Position numbers and translations under genes: made by a program. DNA of 64,000 bases, taken from contig JAWLHY010000007.1 in the NCBI GenBank assembly GCA_041690135.1, positions 32,001 through 96,000 of the forward strand, in the 5' to 3' direction. Positions within the stretch are counted from its first letter, which is position 1, and each line of letters starts with the position of its first letter. This DNA comes from Armatimonadota bacterium. Lineage in GTDB: Bacteria > Armatimonadota > SYMT01. The notes below the pieces were generated by a model. It was not told the DNA's origin and made no database searches. It saw only the letters and a program-made list of their open reading frames with translations. Of this stretch, positions 28,346 through 38,314 are shown one piece after another.

Positions 28346-29824
28346 TTATGCGAGGATGCCTTTGACCAATTCCCCTTCGATATCCGTTAGCCGGAAGTCG
28401 CGCCCCTGGTACCGGTAGGTCAGCCGGGTGTGCTCGACCCCCAGCAGGTGCAGGATCGTCGCGTTCAGGTCGTGGATGTGGACCTTGTCGCGGACGATGT
28501 TGTAGCCGAAGTCGTCCGTCTCGCCGTGCGTGATCCCGCCCTTGATCCCGCCACCCGCCAGCCAGATGCTGAAGCAGCGGCCGTGATGGTCGCGGCCGTA
28601 GTTTTCCTTGGTGAGGTTCCCCTGGCAGTAGACGGTCCGCCCGAACTCGCCGCCCCAGATGATCAGCGTTTCATCCAGCAGGCCCCGCTGCTTGAGGTCC
28701 TTGATGAGCGCGGCCGAAGGTTGGTCCGTATCCTTGCACTGGCTGCGGATCATGTTCGGGAGGTTGCCGTGCTGGTCCCAGCCACGGTGGTAGAGCTGCA
28801 CGAACCGCACACCCCGCTCCACCAGGCGCCGGGCCAGAAGGGCGTTGCGGGCGTAGGTGCCGGTCTTACTCACCTCGGGACCGTACATCTCCAGGACGTG
28901 CTTGGGCTCCTTGGAAATGTCCATCAGCTCCGGGACGGAGGTCTGCATCCGGTAGGCCAGCTCGTACTGCTGGATGCGGGTGTTGATCTCCGGGTCACCG
29001 AACGAGTCTTCGGTCACCTTGTTGATCTTGGAGACGGCGTCCAGGATCCGCCGCCGGCCTTCGGTATCGAGGCCGGGTGGGTTGGAGAGGTAGAGAACGG
29101 GGTCCCCCGTGGTGCGCAGCTTCACCCCCTGGTGCACCGAAGGTAGGAACCCACTGCCCCAGAGGCGGCCGAAAAGCGGCTGGTCGTTGGCGCCGTTGCT
29201 GGCCAGGGAAATCAGCACGATGAAGGCCGGCAGGTTCTGGTTTTCGCTGCCGAGGCCGTAGGAAAGCCACGCCCCCAGGCTGGGCCGTCCCGGTTGCTGG
29301 GAACCGGTCTGGATGTAGGTGATCGCCGGATCGTGGTTGATCGCCTCGGTGTGCATCGACTTGATGATGCAGATGTCGTCCGCCACGGAAGCGGTGTGCG
29401 GCAGTAGCTCGCTCAGCCACTGACCGTTCTTGCCGTGCTGGGCGAACTTGAACATTGTCGGCGCCACCGGCAGGGTCTTCTGGCCGGAGGTCATCCCGGT
29501 GATGCGCTGCCCCATCCGGATGGAGTCCGGCAGGTCGATGCCGAAGTGCTTGTGGAGATCCGGCTTCCAGTCGAACAGGTCGAGATGCGAGGGCGCGCCG
29601 GATTGGTGCAGGTAGATGACGTGCTTGATCTTCGGCGGCAGGTGCAGGCGGCCCATCGCGCCGGGTACGGCCAGCGGGTCCGGTTTGGCCGCGGGCGCCT
29701 GCTTCGCCAGGGCCCCTTCCTGCTGCAGCAGGGATGCCAGCGCCGCCACCCCGATTCCCGAAGCTGTCCGCCCGAAAAGCTGGCGGCGAGTTAAGAGAAG
29801 CTCAAGTTCACGTCGCGGGTCCAT
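28346..29824 (-). CDS. DUF1501 domain protein (Tat signal)
   Basis: [51 protein letters not shown]. Confidence 0.93.
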   Translation of the reverse strand: MDPRRELELLLTRRQLFGRTASGIGVAALASLLQQEGALAKQAPAAKPDPLAVPGAMGRLHLPPKIKHVIYLHQSGAPSHLDLFDWKPDLHKHFGIDLPDSIRMGQRITGMTSGQKTLPVAPTMFKFAQHGKNGQWLSELLPHTASVADDICIIKSMHTEAINHDPAITYIQTGSQQPGRPSLGAWLSYGLGSENQNLPAFIVLISLASNGANDQPLFGRLWGSGFLPSVHQGVKLRTTGDPVLYLSNPPGLDTEGRRRILDAVSKINKVTEDSFGDPEINTRIQQYELAYRMQTSVPELMDISKEPKHVLEMYGPEVSKTGTYARNALLARRLVERGVRFVQLYHRGWDQHGNLPNMIRSQCKDTDQPSAALIKDLKQRGLLDETLIIWGGEFGRTVYCQGNLTKENYGRDHHGRCFSIWLAGGGIKGGITHGETDDFGYNIVRDKVHIHDLNATILHLLGVEHTRLTYRYQGRDFRLTDIEGELVKGILA

Positions 29825-29875
29825 TCTTGTTTTCCCTCTTTGCTTCGGATAGTCGAGGTGTCCAGAATTCGCAAT

Positions 29876-30142
29876 TCAGTGATCTTGCCTGGATTCTGCC
29901 TCTGCTCTAAGCGTTCGAGCGAAGGCAGCACTGTCGCCGATATCCAACCTTCCTGCCCAACTACCCAGGACGCCTTCAGTGTCCCACTGCGCCAGGATTT
30001 CCTGGCCGATGGTTGAAAGTCCGTCCGTCACGCCGGTTTCCAGTAACTTCACGGCATAGGTGGCCAGATCCAATCCCTGATTCTGGGCGGCTTCGTTCAA
30101 CCGGGTTTCGAGTTCCGGCGGTAAGTCAAGTACCAGTGTCAT
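29876..30142 (-). CDS. Small ribbon-helix-helix antitoxin-like protein
   Basis: MTLVLDLPPELETRL..AA...G; C-terminal W..R.DI.DS..FAR.LR pattern seen in PIN-linked antitoxins; lower GC than flanks. Confidence 0.6.
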   Translation of the reverse strand: MTLVLDLPPELETRLNEAAQNQGLDLATYAVKLLETGVTDGLSTIGQEILAQWDTEGVLGSWAGRLDIGDSAAFARTLRAEAESRQDH

Positions 30143-30159
30143 AGGTGGATTCTACCCAC

Positions 30160-33100
30160 TCAATTCTTTGTGATCATCTCGTCGAGGTTGAAGATGGCGT
30201 TGGCGACCGAGGTCCAGGCGGCCAGTTCGGCCACGTCCAGTTTCTCGTTCCGCGGCGCTTCCCCCACGCTAGCCAGCTTCTTCGCAGCCTCGAGGTCCTT
30301 GCGATACTCCGCAAGCTGGCCCTCGTACACCTCCAGAAGGGTGCGGATCTCGATGCCGGTCGCGGGACGGGCGAGGGCGAGGCGGAAGGCGTAGTGGATC
30401 CGGTCCCTCGGAGTCGCCGCCACTTCGGTCATGATCCGCTCCGCGAACTTCCGCGAGGCCTCCACGAACTGGGTGTCGTTCATCAGCACGAGCGCCTGGA
30501 GAGGAGTGTTCGTGGCGGAGCGCTGGACCACGCAGAATTCTCGCTCCGGCGCGTCGAACGTCTGCAGGCTGGGCGGAGGGCAGGTGCGCTTCCAGAAGGT
30601 GTACATGCTCCGCCGCCACAGCGCTTCGCCGTGGTCCTGTTCGTACTTCTGGGCGGTGAAGTTGCCGCCGAAGGCGATCTCCTCCCACAACCCCGGAGGA
30701 TGGTAAGGCTTGACCGAGGGACCGCCGATCTTGGGCACCAATAGACCGGCCACGGCGAGGGCCTGATCGCGGACGAACTCCGCCGGCAGCCGGAACCGGG
30801 GACCTCGGGCGAGTAAGGCGTTATCGGGGTCCTTCGCCAGCAGTTCGGGGGTGACGCGCGAGGCCTGTTTGTAGGTGTTCGACGTCACGATCAGCCGCTG
30901 CAGCGCCTTCACGTCCCATCCGGTGCGGATGAACTCCGTGGCGAGCCAGTCGAGCAGCTCGGGATGGGTGGGCCGCTCGCCCTGGACCCCGAAGTTCTCG
31001 GGCGTGCGCACGATCCCGTGCCCGAAATACATCTGCCAGAACCGGTTGACCGCCACCCGTGACGTAAGTGGGTGCTTCGGGTGTACCAGCCACTGTGCCA
31101 GCCCCAGCCGGTTGGGTGGGTACTCGGAAAGCTGGGGGAGGGCTCCGGGGATACCAGGGCTCACCTTTTCGCCCTTCTTGTCGTACTCCCCGCGGACCAG
31201 GATGAAGGTATCGCGAGGCTTCTCCATCTCCTGCATGACCATGGTGGTTGGGATGGAGTTATCCAGCTCGGTCCGCTTGGCGCGCGCGGCGGCCAGGTCG
31301 GCGCTGATCTGCCGGTAGCGAGCGTCGTACGTTTCCAGGTAGAAGCGGCGCAGCGCCTCCTTCTGCTCGTTCGTGCGCTTATCCGTGGCGGTGGTCAGGA
31401 TCTGGCGGAGACCCTCGAAGCCCGCGAGCCGGTCGACTTCCGCCGGGGTCAACTCCCGCCGGTAGATGCGGACCTCGTCGATCTTCCCTTTGAACGGCGC
31501 ACCCGGTCCCCGGCGGCCGATGTGCACGGGCGTGGCGGCGACGATGGAGCCGGAGAGCTTGTCGTGGGTGAAGTCGAGCTCGGCCGGCTTGCCATTGACG
31601 TAGATCTTTACCCCTTTGGCCTTGCTGGAGCCATCGTAGGTGGCGAACACGTGCGTCCACTGGTCGAGCGGGATTGGCTTCTTTGTGTTGACGCGGATCG
31701 CATTGCCTTCCCACTCGTGGATCAGGTGTACGAACACCTTCCCGTCGCCGAGATAGAGGTCCCATCCCCGGTGTTTCGAGGCGTCATCCATCCGTGAGAG
31801 CACCGTCATGTGCTCTTTGCCCGCGGGGTGGACCCACGCGCCGTAGGAGAACTTATCCGTGCGTTCGAGCGTGATCCCCGTGCCGAGATCCCCGAAGAGC
31901 TGCCCGTTCAATTCGAGCGCGCCTCCGAACTTTCCGGCGGTCCAGCCTCCCGCTCCACCCCGAAGGGTTCCCGGCGATTGCCCCGCCGCAAAGTTCCGGA
32001 GTTGCTCGCCGGACCCTTCATCCAGCCCGAGATGGGCGACCAGCCCCTCCGTTATCGGGCTCAGCGTGGAGACGTCCACCGCTTTCTCCCAGGCTGCCTG
32101 GGCGGCGGTGGTCTGCGTGGCCCGGTCGCGCGCGGCCTGTTCCAGGCTTGCGATCTCGCGGTCATACTCGGCCAGCTTTTCCGTTTGCCAGGGGAGGGGG
32201 GCCTTAATGAAAGGGACGGCGTTACCGCGCTGGCCATCCAGGCCGCTCTCGGGCACGTTATGGAAGAAGGCGTAGAACCGGTAGAAGTCCTTCTGGGTAA
32301 GCGGCTCATACTTGTGGTCGTGGCACTGGCTGCACCGGAGGGTCAGACCCATCCAGGTCGTCGCCGTGGTGTCGATGCGGTCGAAGATGTAGGCCGCGTG
32401 ATACTCCTCCGGAATGGCGCCACCCTCGAAGTTGATCGGGTGGTTGCGGTTGAAACCGGTGGCGATCTTCTGCGCCAGGGTGGGGTTGGGCAACATGTCG
32501 CCCGCGAGTTGCTCCACCGTGAACTGGTCGAACGGCTGGTTCTTGTTGAAGGCCTCGATTACCCAGTCGCGCCAGCGCCACATGTCGCGGTGGCTGTCGA
32601 TATGGTAGCCGTGGGTATCGGCATAGCGGGCCAGGTCCAGCCACTTCAGCGCCATCCGCTCCCCGTAGTGCGGGGAGGCCAGGTACCGATCCACCAGCTT
32701 CTCGTACGCGTTCGGTGACCGGTCCGCCAGGAATGCGTCCACATCCGCGGGCGCGGGCGGAAGACCCGTGAGATCAAGGGCCAGCCGGCGGATCAGCGTC
32801 CGGCGATCCGCCGCCGGCGAGGGTCTCAGTCCCTCTCGCTCGAGCCGCGCGAGCACGAAACGATCGATAGGGTTGAGGGCCCATTGCTGGTAGCGGACCT
32901 CGGGAACGGCAGGCCGCTTGGGAGCGGTGAAAGCCCAGTGGGCCTCGTAATTCGCGCCCTGGGCGATCCACTTCCGGAGAACTTCGATCTGGACCGGGGT
33001 GAGCTTCTTGCCACTGCTCGCCGGAGGCATGCTCCCGGAATCGATGCGGTGGATGAAGGTGCTTTGCTTAGGCTTACCCGGCACCACAGCGAACGCGCCC

Positions 33101-33366
33101 GAGGGCAACTTCTGGTAGGCCCCTTCGGCGGTATCGAGGCGGAGCCCCGCCTGACGCGTGTTTGCGTCGAAGCCGTGGCAGGTGAGGCAGTTGTCGGCGA
33201 GGATCGGCCGCACGTCCCGGTCGAAATCCACCGGTTCCTGGACGGCGGTCGCTGGCTTGGCCGGAACCTTGGGCTGTGCCGCCAGGGCGAGAGCGGCCGG
33301 AACCAGCAGCGTACTGAAGGCGATACCGGCGCGGGTGAGCGTGAGGAGCTTGGGACCTATCATCAT
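30160..33366 (-). CDS. Planctomycete-type cytochrome c (PSCyt1) + DUF1549 + LamG + DUF1553 protein
   Basis: FDRDVRPILADNCLTCHG, HWAF, NPIDRF, DLTGLPP, YGE..A..WLD.ARYADT, CSQCHDHKY, LamG G.IDEVRIY, HPELLDWLA, TPLQAL.LMND. Confidence 0.93.
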   Translation of the reverse strand: MMIGPKLLTLTRAGIAFSTLLVPAALALAAQPKVPAKPATAVQEPVDFDRDVRPILADNCLTCHGFDANTRQAGLRLDTAEGAYQKLPSGAFAVVPGKPKQSTFIHRIDSGSMPPASSGKKLTPVQIEVLRKWIAQGANYEAHWAFTAPKRPAVPEVRYQQWALNPIDRFVLARLEREGLRPSPAADRRTLIRRLALDLTGLPPAPADVDAFLADRSPNAYEKLVDRYLASPHYGERMALKWLDLARYADTHGYHIDSHRDMWRWRDWVIEAFNKNQPFDQFTVEQLAGDMLPNPTLAQKIATGFNRNHPINFEGGAIPEEYHAAYIFDRIDTTATTWMGLTLRCSQCHDHKYEPLTQKDFYRFYAFFHNVPESGLDGQRGNAVPFIKAPLPWQTEKLAEYDREIASLEQAARDRATQTTAAQAAWEKAVDVSTLSPITEGLVAHLGLDEGSGEQLRNFAAGQSPGTLRGGAGGWTAGKFGGALELNGQLFGDLGTGITLERTDKFSYGAWVHPAGKEHMTVLSRMDDASKHRGWDLYLGDGKVFVHLIHEWEGNAIRVNTKKPIPLDQWTHVFATYDGSSKAKGVKIYVNGKPAELDFTHDKLSGSIVAATPVHIGRRGPGAPFKGKIDEVRIYRRELTPAEVDRLAGFEGLRQILTTATDKRTNEQKEALRRFYLETYDARYRQISADLAAARAKRTELDNSIPTTMVMQEMEKPRDTFILVRGEYDKKGEKVSPGIPGALPQLSEYPPNRLGLAQWLVHPKHPLTSRVAVNRFWQMYFGHGIVRTPENFGVQGERPTHPELLDWLATEFIRTGWDVKALQRLIVTSNTYKQASRVTPELLAKDPDNALLARGPRFRLPAEFVRDQALAVAGLLVPKIGGPSVKPYHPPGLWEEIAFGGNFTAQKYEQDHGEALWRRSMYTFWKRTCPPPSLQTFDAPEREFCVVQRSATNTPLQALVLMNDTQFVEASRKFAERIMTEVAATPRDRIHYAFRLALARPATGIEIRTLLEVYEGQLAEYRKDLEAAKKLASVGEAPRNEKLDVAELAAWTSVANAIFNLDEMITKN

Positions 33367-33695
33367 GGATCGCTTCGGCGGTTCGAACTACACGTCAGAT
33401 GCTTTAGACATCCGTGGAGCCGCCCGGGTTGTGGCAATTTCACGTCCGGCAAGGGGGTGAACAAAAAGACCCGAGAGCCGGCCCCGTCACAGAGGCGCCT
33501 CTCGGGTCGTCCAGTGTCTTTCAGAAGACTGCCTAGCGTTACACGCAAGTCCGCTAGCAGGTCTCGAACGGCCTTAAAGGCGCAAACGCAATGGATTACG
33601 GGGTGTCGGCGAAGGTTTACACCCCGAGGGGGGGCGGACTTTGCGCCTTTCCAGCCTGCGACTTCAGTCGCCTATACAAGGGTCTGTCTGTAACG

Positions 33696-34679
33696 TCAAT
33701 TCGCTTCCGGGAAAACCGGCGCGGCCGGGTCATTGGCGTGATGGGGCTCCGGAAGCGGCGCTTCCTTAGGCGGCCGCACCAGCGAGACGATCACCGAGCC
33801 CGCGAGGAGGCTCACGACCACGCCGAGCGAGAGGCCGATCGGAATCTTATAGAACTCCGTGATCAGCATCTTTACGCCGATGAAGCTGAGCACCAGGCCC
33901 AGGCCGTACTTCAGGTAGTGGAACCGCTGGACGAAGTCCGCCAGCAGGAAGTAGAGCGACCGCAGACCCAGGATCGCGAAGATGTTGGACGTGAAGACGA
34001 TGAACGGGTCCGGCGTCACCGCGAAGATCGCCGGGATACTGTCCACCGCGAAGACCACGTCCGTCGCTTCCACCGCCACGAGCACCAGCAAGAGGGGAGT
34101 GGCGTAGCGCTTACCGTCCTTCATCACGAAGAACTTCGCGCCGTGGTACTCGGGCAGCAACGGGAAGTAGCGGCGGACGAGCTTCACGAACGGGTTCTGG
34201 TCCGGGTCGACTTCCTCGTTGTCCTGCGTGAGGATCTTATAGCCGGTGTAGACCAGGAACGCGCCGAAGACGTAGATGATCCAGTGGAACTGGTGCATCA
34301 GCACCGCGCCGATGGTGATGAAGATGGCGCGGAGGATGATCGCTCCCAGCACGCCCCAGAACAGCACCGGTCTCTGTAACTCCGCGGGGACCGAGAAGTA
34401 CGAGAAGATGACCAGGAAGACGAAGATGTTGTCGACGCTAAGGGACTCTTCGACCAGGTAGCCGGTCAGAAACTCCAATGCCTTCTGTGGGCCGAACTCA
34501 TAGTAAACATAGCCGGCGAAACACAGCGCCAGCCCGACCCACATGCAGGTGAACTTCAGCGCCTGCGAGGTGGTGACGGTTTGGGATTTCCGCTGGAGGA
34601 CGCCCAGGTCGAGCGCCAGCAGGAACAGAATCAAGACAATGAAGCCGCCCCACATGAGGGGCGATCCGACCGTTTGCAT
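33696..34679 (-). CDS. terC: TerC/Alx family metal-homeostasis membrane protein
   Basis: E.SLSVDNIFVF, GAIILRAIFI, TDVVFAVDSIPAIFA, SNIFAILGLRSLYF. Confidence 0.93.
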   Translation of the reverse strand: MQTVGSPLMWGGFIVLILFLLALDLGVLQRKSQTVTTSQALKFTCMWVGLALCFAGYVYYEFGPQKALEFLTGYLVEESLSVDNIFVFLVIFSYFSVPAELQRPVLFWGVLGAIILRAIFITIGAVLMHQFHWIIYVFGAFLVYTGYKILTQDNEEVDPDQNPFVKLVRRYFPLLPEYHGAKFFVMKDGKRYATPLLLVLVAVEATDVVFAVDSIPAIFAVTPDPFIVFTSNIFAILGLRSLYFLLADFVQRFHYLKYGLGLVLSFIGVKMLITEFYKIPIGLSLGVVVSLLAGSVIVSLVRPPKEAPLPEPHHANDPAAPVFPEAN

Positions 34680-34754
34680 ACTCTGGTTACTTCCGGTGGT
34701 GTGCTAGAAACGCAAAAGGGGCGAGACCCCGCTGAGACCCCAAAAAGTGGCCCG

Positions 34755-34862
34755 GCGAAGGTCTCGCCCCGGTAAATGGTCTTACCGTCCTGGCACCGGC
34801 TCCGAAGAGCGTAATGACGGCACCAGGCATCCCGCGGCAGCGAGACGGCTACTCCCCCTCAA
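34755..34862 (-). ncRNA. yybP-ykoY manganese riboswitch upstream of terC
   Basis: Minus strand GAGGGGGAGTAGC...CGTCATTAC...CCGG...GGCGAGACCTT; downstream GGTCTCGCCCC-TTTTT can pair with the P1 3' strand as a terminator. Confidence 0.88.
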
Positions 34863-34903
34863 CCCTATTATGTCTTATTCACCGCCTCGCGCGCGAACAC
34901 CTG

Positions 34904-35785
34904 CTAGCGCCAGGCGTAAGTTGTTTGCGCCTGGCCCATCTCCTGCGCGAGCGCTTCGAGCTTGGCGATGCGGTCGCCCATCGGAGGGTGGGTGCTGAAC
35001 AGGGAGGCGAACGCCTGCCCTCGCAGCGGGTTGACGATAAATAAATGTGCCGTTGCCGGGGTGGCGTGCATGGGCCGGGCTTCGGCGGCCATCTCCAGTT
35101 TCCGCAGTGCGCTCGCCAGCGCCAGGGGTCGCCCGCAGATCTCCGAGCCCGTGCGGTCCGCCAGGTACTCGCGGCTGCGGGAAACCGCCAGTTGCAGGAT
35201 CATCGCCGCAATCGGCGCCACGATCGCCATGGCCAACATCACCAGGGGATTGGCCCCTTCGTCGTCGTCGCTGCGGGAGAGCCCGCCGAAGATCGCCGCG
35301 TATTGGGCCATCTGCGCGATCATGGTGATGGCGCCCGCGATGGTCGCCGCGATGGTGCTGACCAGCGTGTCCCGGTTCTTGATGTGCGCCAGCTCGTGGG
35401 CCACCACGCCCTCGACTTCGTCGCTCCCCAACATCTGCAGCAGGCCGGCGTTGACCGCCACCGCCGCATGCTTTGGATCGCGGCCGGTGGCGAAGGCGTT
35501 CGGCGTCGGGTCGGGGATCACGTAGAGCGCCGGCATCGGCAGCCGCGCGCGCTCGCACAGCCGTTCCACCATCCGGTAGAGATCCGGCGCTTCCTCCGGA
35601 GTGACCGGTTGCGCGTGGTACATCGACAGAACGATCTTGTCCGAAAACCAGTACGACCCCACGTTCATCACCAGCGCGAAGGCGAAGGCGATCAGCATGC
35701 CGTTCATGCCGCCGATCGCCCGGCCAAGCAGCACCAGCAGTACCGTGAGGCCGGCCAGAAGCAAGCCCGTCTTCACGTGGTTCAT
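34904..35785 (-). CDS. htpX: Zinc metalloprotease HtpX
   Basis: [45 protein letters not shown]; start MNHVKT at 35785. Confidence 0.95.
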   Translation of the reverse strand: MNHVKTGLLLAGLTVLLVLLGRAIGGMNGMLIAFAFALVMNVGSYWFSDKIVLSMYHAQPVTPEEAPDLYRMVERLCERARLPMPALYVIPDPTPNAFATGRDPKHAAVAVNAGLLQMLGSDEVEGVVAHELAHIKNRDTLVSTIAATIAGAITMIAQMAQYAAIFGGLSRSDDDEGANPLVMLAMAIVAPIAAMILQLAVSRSREYLADRTGSEICGRPLALASALRKLEMAAEARPMHATPATAHLFIVNPLRGQAFASLFSTHPPMGDRIAKLEALAQEMGQAQTTYAWR

Positions 35786-35928
35786 AGTTTCCTTTTTTCC
35801 TTTCCCGGCACTTCCGCCGGGTTCATCCCATTTGCGGGCCGGCACATCGCCGTGCCGGTCTCCAGTTGAGCATCCCATACGCAGAACGGGGGCAAAACCT
35901 CCGCCGCGGGTCCCCAAGGGACCACCAG

Positions 35929-36037
35929 CGAAAGTCTTGCCCCCGTTCAAATCGATACGGGTCCGGGGCCGGCCCTGCGCGGGCGTATTGACGACCCCTG
36001 GCTTCGCGACGTCAGGCGCGAAGGCTACTCCCTTTCA
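35929..36037 (-). ncRNA. Second yybP-ykoY manganese riboswitch upstream of htpX
   Basis: Minus strand AAAGGGAGTAGC...CGTCAATAC...CCGG...GGCAAGACTTT; anti-P1 sequence AGGTTTTGCCCCCGTTC at 35900-35884. Confidence 0.85.
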
Positions 36038-36046
36038 TCTATTGCT

Positions 36047-36075
36047 ATCTTACCCAGAGCCCGGCATTTTATCAA
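36047..36075 (-). promoter_or_regulatory. sigma70 promoter for riboswitch-htpX
   Basis: TTGATA-17bp-TAAGAT ending about 10 nt before the aptamer. Confidence 0.65.
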
Positions 36076-36110
36076 ATGCGCTCCGGTCATTTCGTCCGGA
36101 GCGCATTTTG
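36074..36110 (-). terminator. Terminator hairpin after cstA
   Basis: aaatgcgctccgg...ccggagcgcattt. Confidence 0.7.
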
Positions 36111-36118
36111 ACTTTTTC

Positions 36119-37846
36119 TTACGCGGGCACCGGTTCCGGGCTCAGCGGCGGAGCGGGTTTCCGGCCGAACAGGACCCGGTAGGCTTCGATCAGCATCAGG
36201 CCCGCCAGCCCGAGCAGGAAGATTCCCACCCACGGCACGATGGCGGGAACCTTGGGGTCGCTGAACTGCTGGATCACGAGCGTGACCAGGGCCCAGACGC
36301 TCATCGCGTACATCCAGGCCGTCGGGAGGCCGGTAACCACCCATGCCCACTGGGCCTTGACTCCTCGCACCAGCCACACCGTCACCCCGAGCAGCGTCAG
36401 CGCGGCGAGGAGCTGGTTGCTGGCCCCGAATAGCGCCCAGAACAGTTTCCAGAGTTCCGCCGGCTTCCCGGTTACCGGGTCGGTGGGAGTCTGCAGAATG
36501 AACAGGAGGGGAACCCCCGCGGTGAGCCCCGTGCCCAGCCAGCGGCCCTTGGCGTCGTGCCAGCCCGTAAGCTCCTGGATGATGTAGCGGCCCAGGCGCG
36601 TGCACACGTCGAGCGTGTCGTAGACGAACGTCGTGAACGCCATCAGCCCGAAGGCGATGCCGAAGCCGGCCGGAATACCCAGCACCTGCAGGAAGGAACC
36701 GATGCCGCTGGCGTAGATGAAGTTCGGCTTGGGGTTCTCCAGCAGCGGCGACCCCTTGGCCAACATCATCACGCAGCAAAGGGAGACGATCGCCACCATC
36801 GCCTCGAGCAGCATCGCGCCGTAGCCGATCGACTTGGCATCCGTCTCCTTCCGGAGCTGCTTCGACGTGGTGCCGGAGGCGATGATGGAATGGAACCCGG
36901 AACAGGCGCCGCAGGCGATTGTGATGAAGAGCATCGGGAAGAGGAACTCCCCCTTTGCCGTGGACCAGCCCGTGAAGGCGGGATACTCGATCGGCTTGCC
37001 TCCGAATAGCAGACCGAGGGCACCCGCGCCGAGAGCGATATAGAGGAAGTAGCCGCCCAGATGCCCGCGCGGCTGCAGGAGGAGCCACATCGGCACCACC
37101 GAGGCCACGAAGCAGTAGACTAGCAGGGAGACGTCCCACAGCTTGTGCGCTTCATGCGCCGGGCGACCGAAGAAAGCAGCGAGGTCGAACGGGATGTATT
37201 GCCCGACCCAGATTGCCACGCCCACCAGCGGCAGGAAGATGGCGGTGGCGACCCCCAGCGGCAGCTTGGTATACCGCAGGAGGAGGCCCATGATGATGGG
37301 AAGGGCCAGGTAGAGGAGCGACGAGGTGGCGATGCCCGCGCCGCTGACCTGTGATCCGTCTTCCAGCGTGACCTGACCGATGAAGGAGGCGGCGGTGACG
37401 TCGGTGAAGGCAACGATGATGTAGACCAGCGCGATCCAGATGAATGTGAGAAACATCAGGTAGGATCGCCGCGTCATGTGGTCCCGCACGACTTCCGCGA
37501 TGGAGCGCGCCTTGTGGCGGACGGAGGCGACGAGCGCTCCGATGTCGTGGATGCCACCGATGAAGATAGACCCGATCAGGATCCAAAGCAGCGCAGGTAC
37601 CCAGCCGAACATGACGCCGGCCAGGATAGGACCGACGATCGGGCCGGCCGCCGCGATGGCCGAGAAGTGCTGGGTCATCAGGAACTTCGGCTCGATCGGC
37701 ACGTAGTCCACGTCGTCCCGCAACTCCACGGCGGGGGTGGTGGCCTCGGGGTCCAGCTTGAACAGCCGGGCGAGAAGGTTGCCGTAGGTCCGATAGGCGA
37801 TGATCAGGATCACGCCCGAGACCAGCACAACGGGCAACAGCGTCAT
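36119..37846 (-). CDS. cstA: Carbon starvation protein A family transporter
   Basis: TPA....D..DYVP, HFSAIAAAGPIVGP, PMWLLLQPR, ITIACGACSGFHS, FGASNQLLA. Confidence 0.93.
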   Translation of the reverse strand: MTLLPVVLVSGVILIIAYRTYGNLLARLFKLDPEATTPAVELRDDVDYVPIEPKFLMTQHFSAIAAAGPIVGPILAGVMFGWVPALLWILIGSIFIGGIHDIGALVASVRHKARSIAEVVRDHMTRRSYLMFLTFIWIALVYIIVAFTDVTAASFIGQVTLEDGSQVSGAGIATSSLLYLALPIIMGLLLRYTKLPLGVATAIFLPLVGVAIWVGQYIPFDLAAFFGRPAHEAHKLWDVSLLVYCFVASVVPMWLLLQPRGHLGGYFLYIALGAGALGLLFGGKPIEYPAFTGWSTAKGEFLFPMLFITIACGACSGFHSIIASGTTSKQLRKETDAKSIGYGAMLLEAMVAIVSLCCVMMLAKGSPLLENPKPNFIYASGIGSFLQVLGIPAGFGIAFGLMAFTTFVYDTLDVCTRLGRYIIQELTGWHDAKGRWLGTGLTAGVPLLFILQTPTDPVTGKPAELWKLFWALFGASNQLLAALTLLGVTVWLVRGVKAQWAWVVTGLPTAWMYAMSVWALVTLVIQQFSDPKVPAIVPWVGIFLLGLAGLMLIEAYRVLFGRKPAPPLSPEPVPA

Positions 37847-38314
37847 TCATGCACTCCTTCGTACGGGGGGGGGCTACCTTATAACATACGGCGCCGCGGC
37901 GTGGTTTCCTCTCTCGAATGGCGGGCGCGAGCGTCCGGTGGGCACTGCCACTTGCGAGCACTGCAGCCATTGATATCGTACTTGTCAAAGTAGGGCGGAT
38001 GCTCTGTCTCCGCCCGGTCTTGTCCTTGGATTCCTCTTGTCGTGTGGCGGGCCCCTCACACGTAGGCATACGAACCTATCGTCCGCTCCTGGTGCAAGAG
38101 CCAGATTAAGGGTCTTGACGGGTTGGCGGGAGTTACTGACCAGTATTGCACCCTTGGTACAAACCGGTTTCTCCGCCCCAGTCAGCGAGGCGTGCCGGAG
38201 TGACGGCGCCGGGTACCCGCGCAGTGGGTGGGGGTATCGACCTCCCTCTGGGAAACCGTACCTGCTCAGTTACTTCCACACCCCTTAGCAGGCCCCATGC
38301 TACGGAGATAAGCA

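Noticed and set aside
33520-33536. Cobalamin riboswitch 3' box (tcagaagactgcc)
   Set aside because: Imperfect, on the strand opposite the nearby genes, and the upstream GGGAA/GCCCCCGC core is missing
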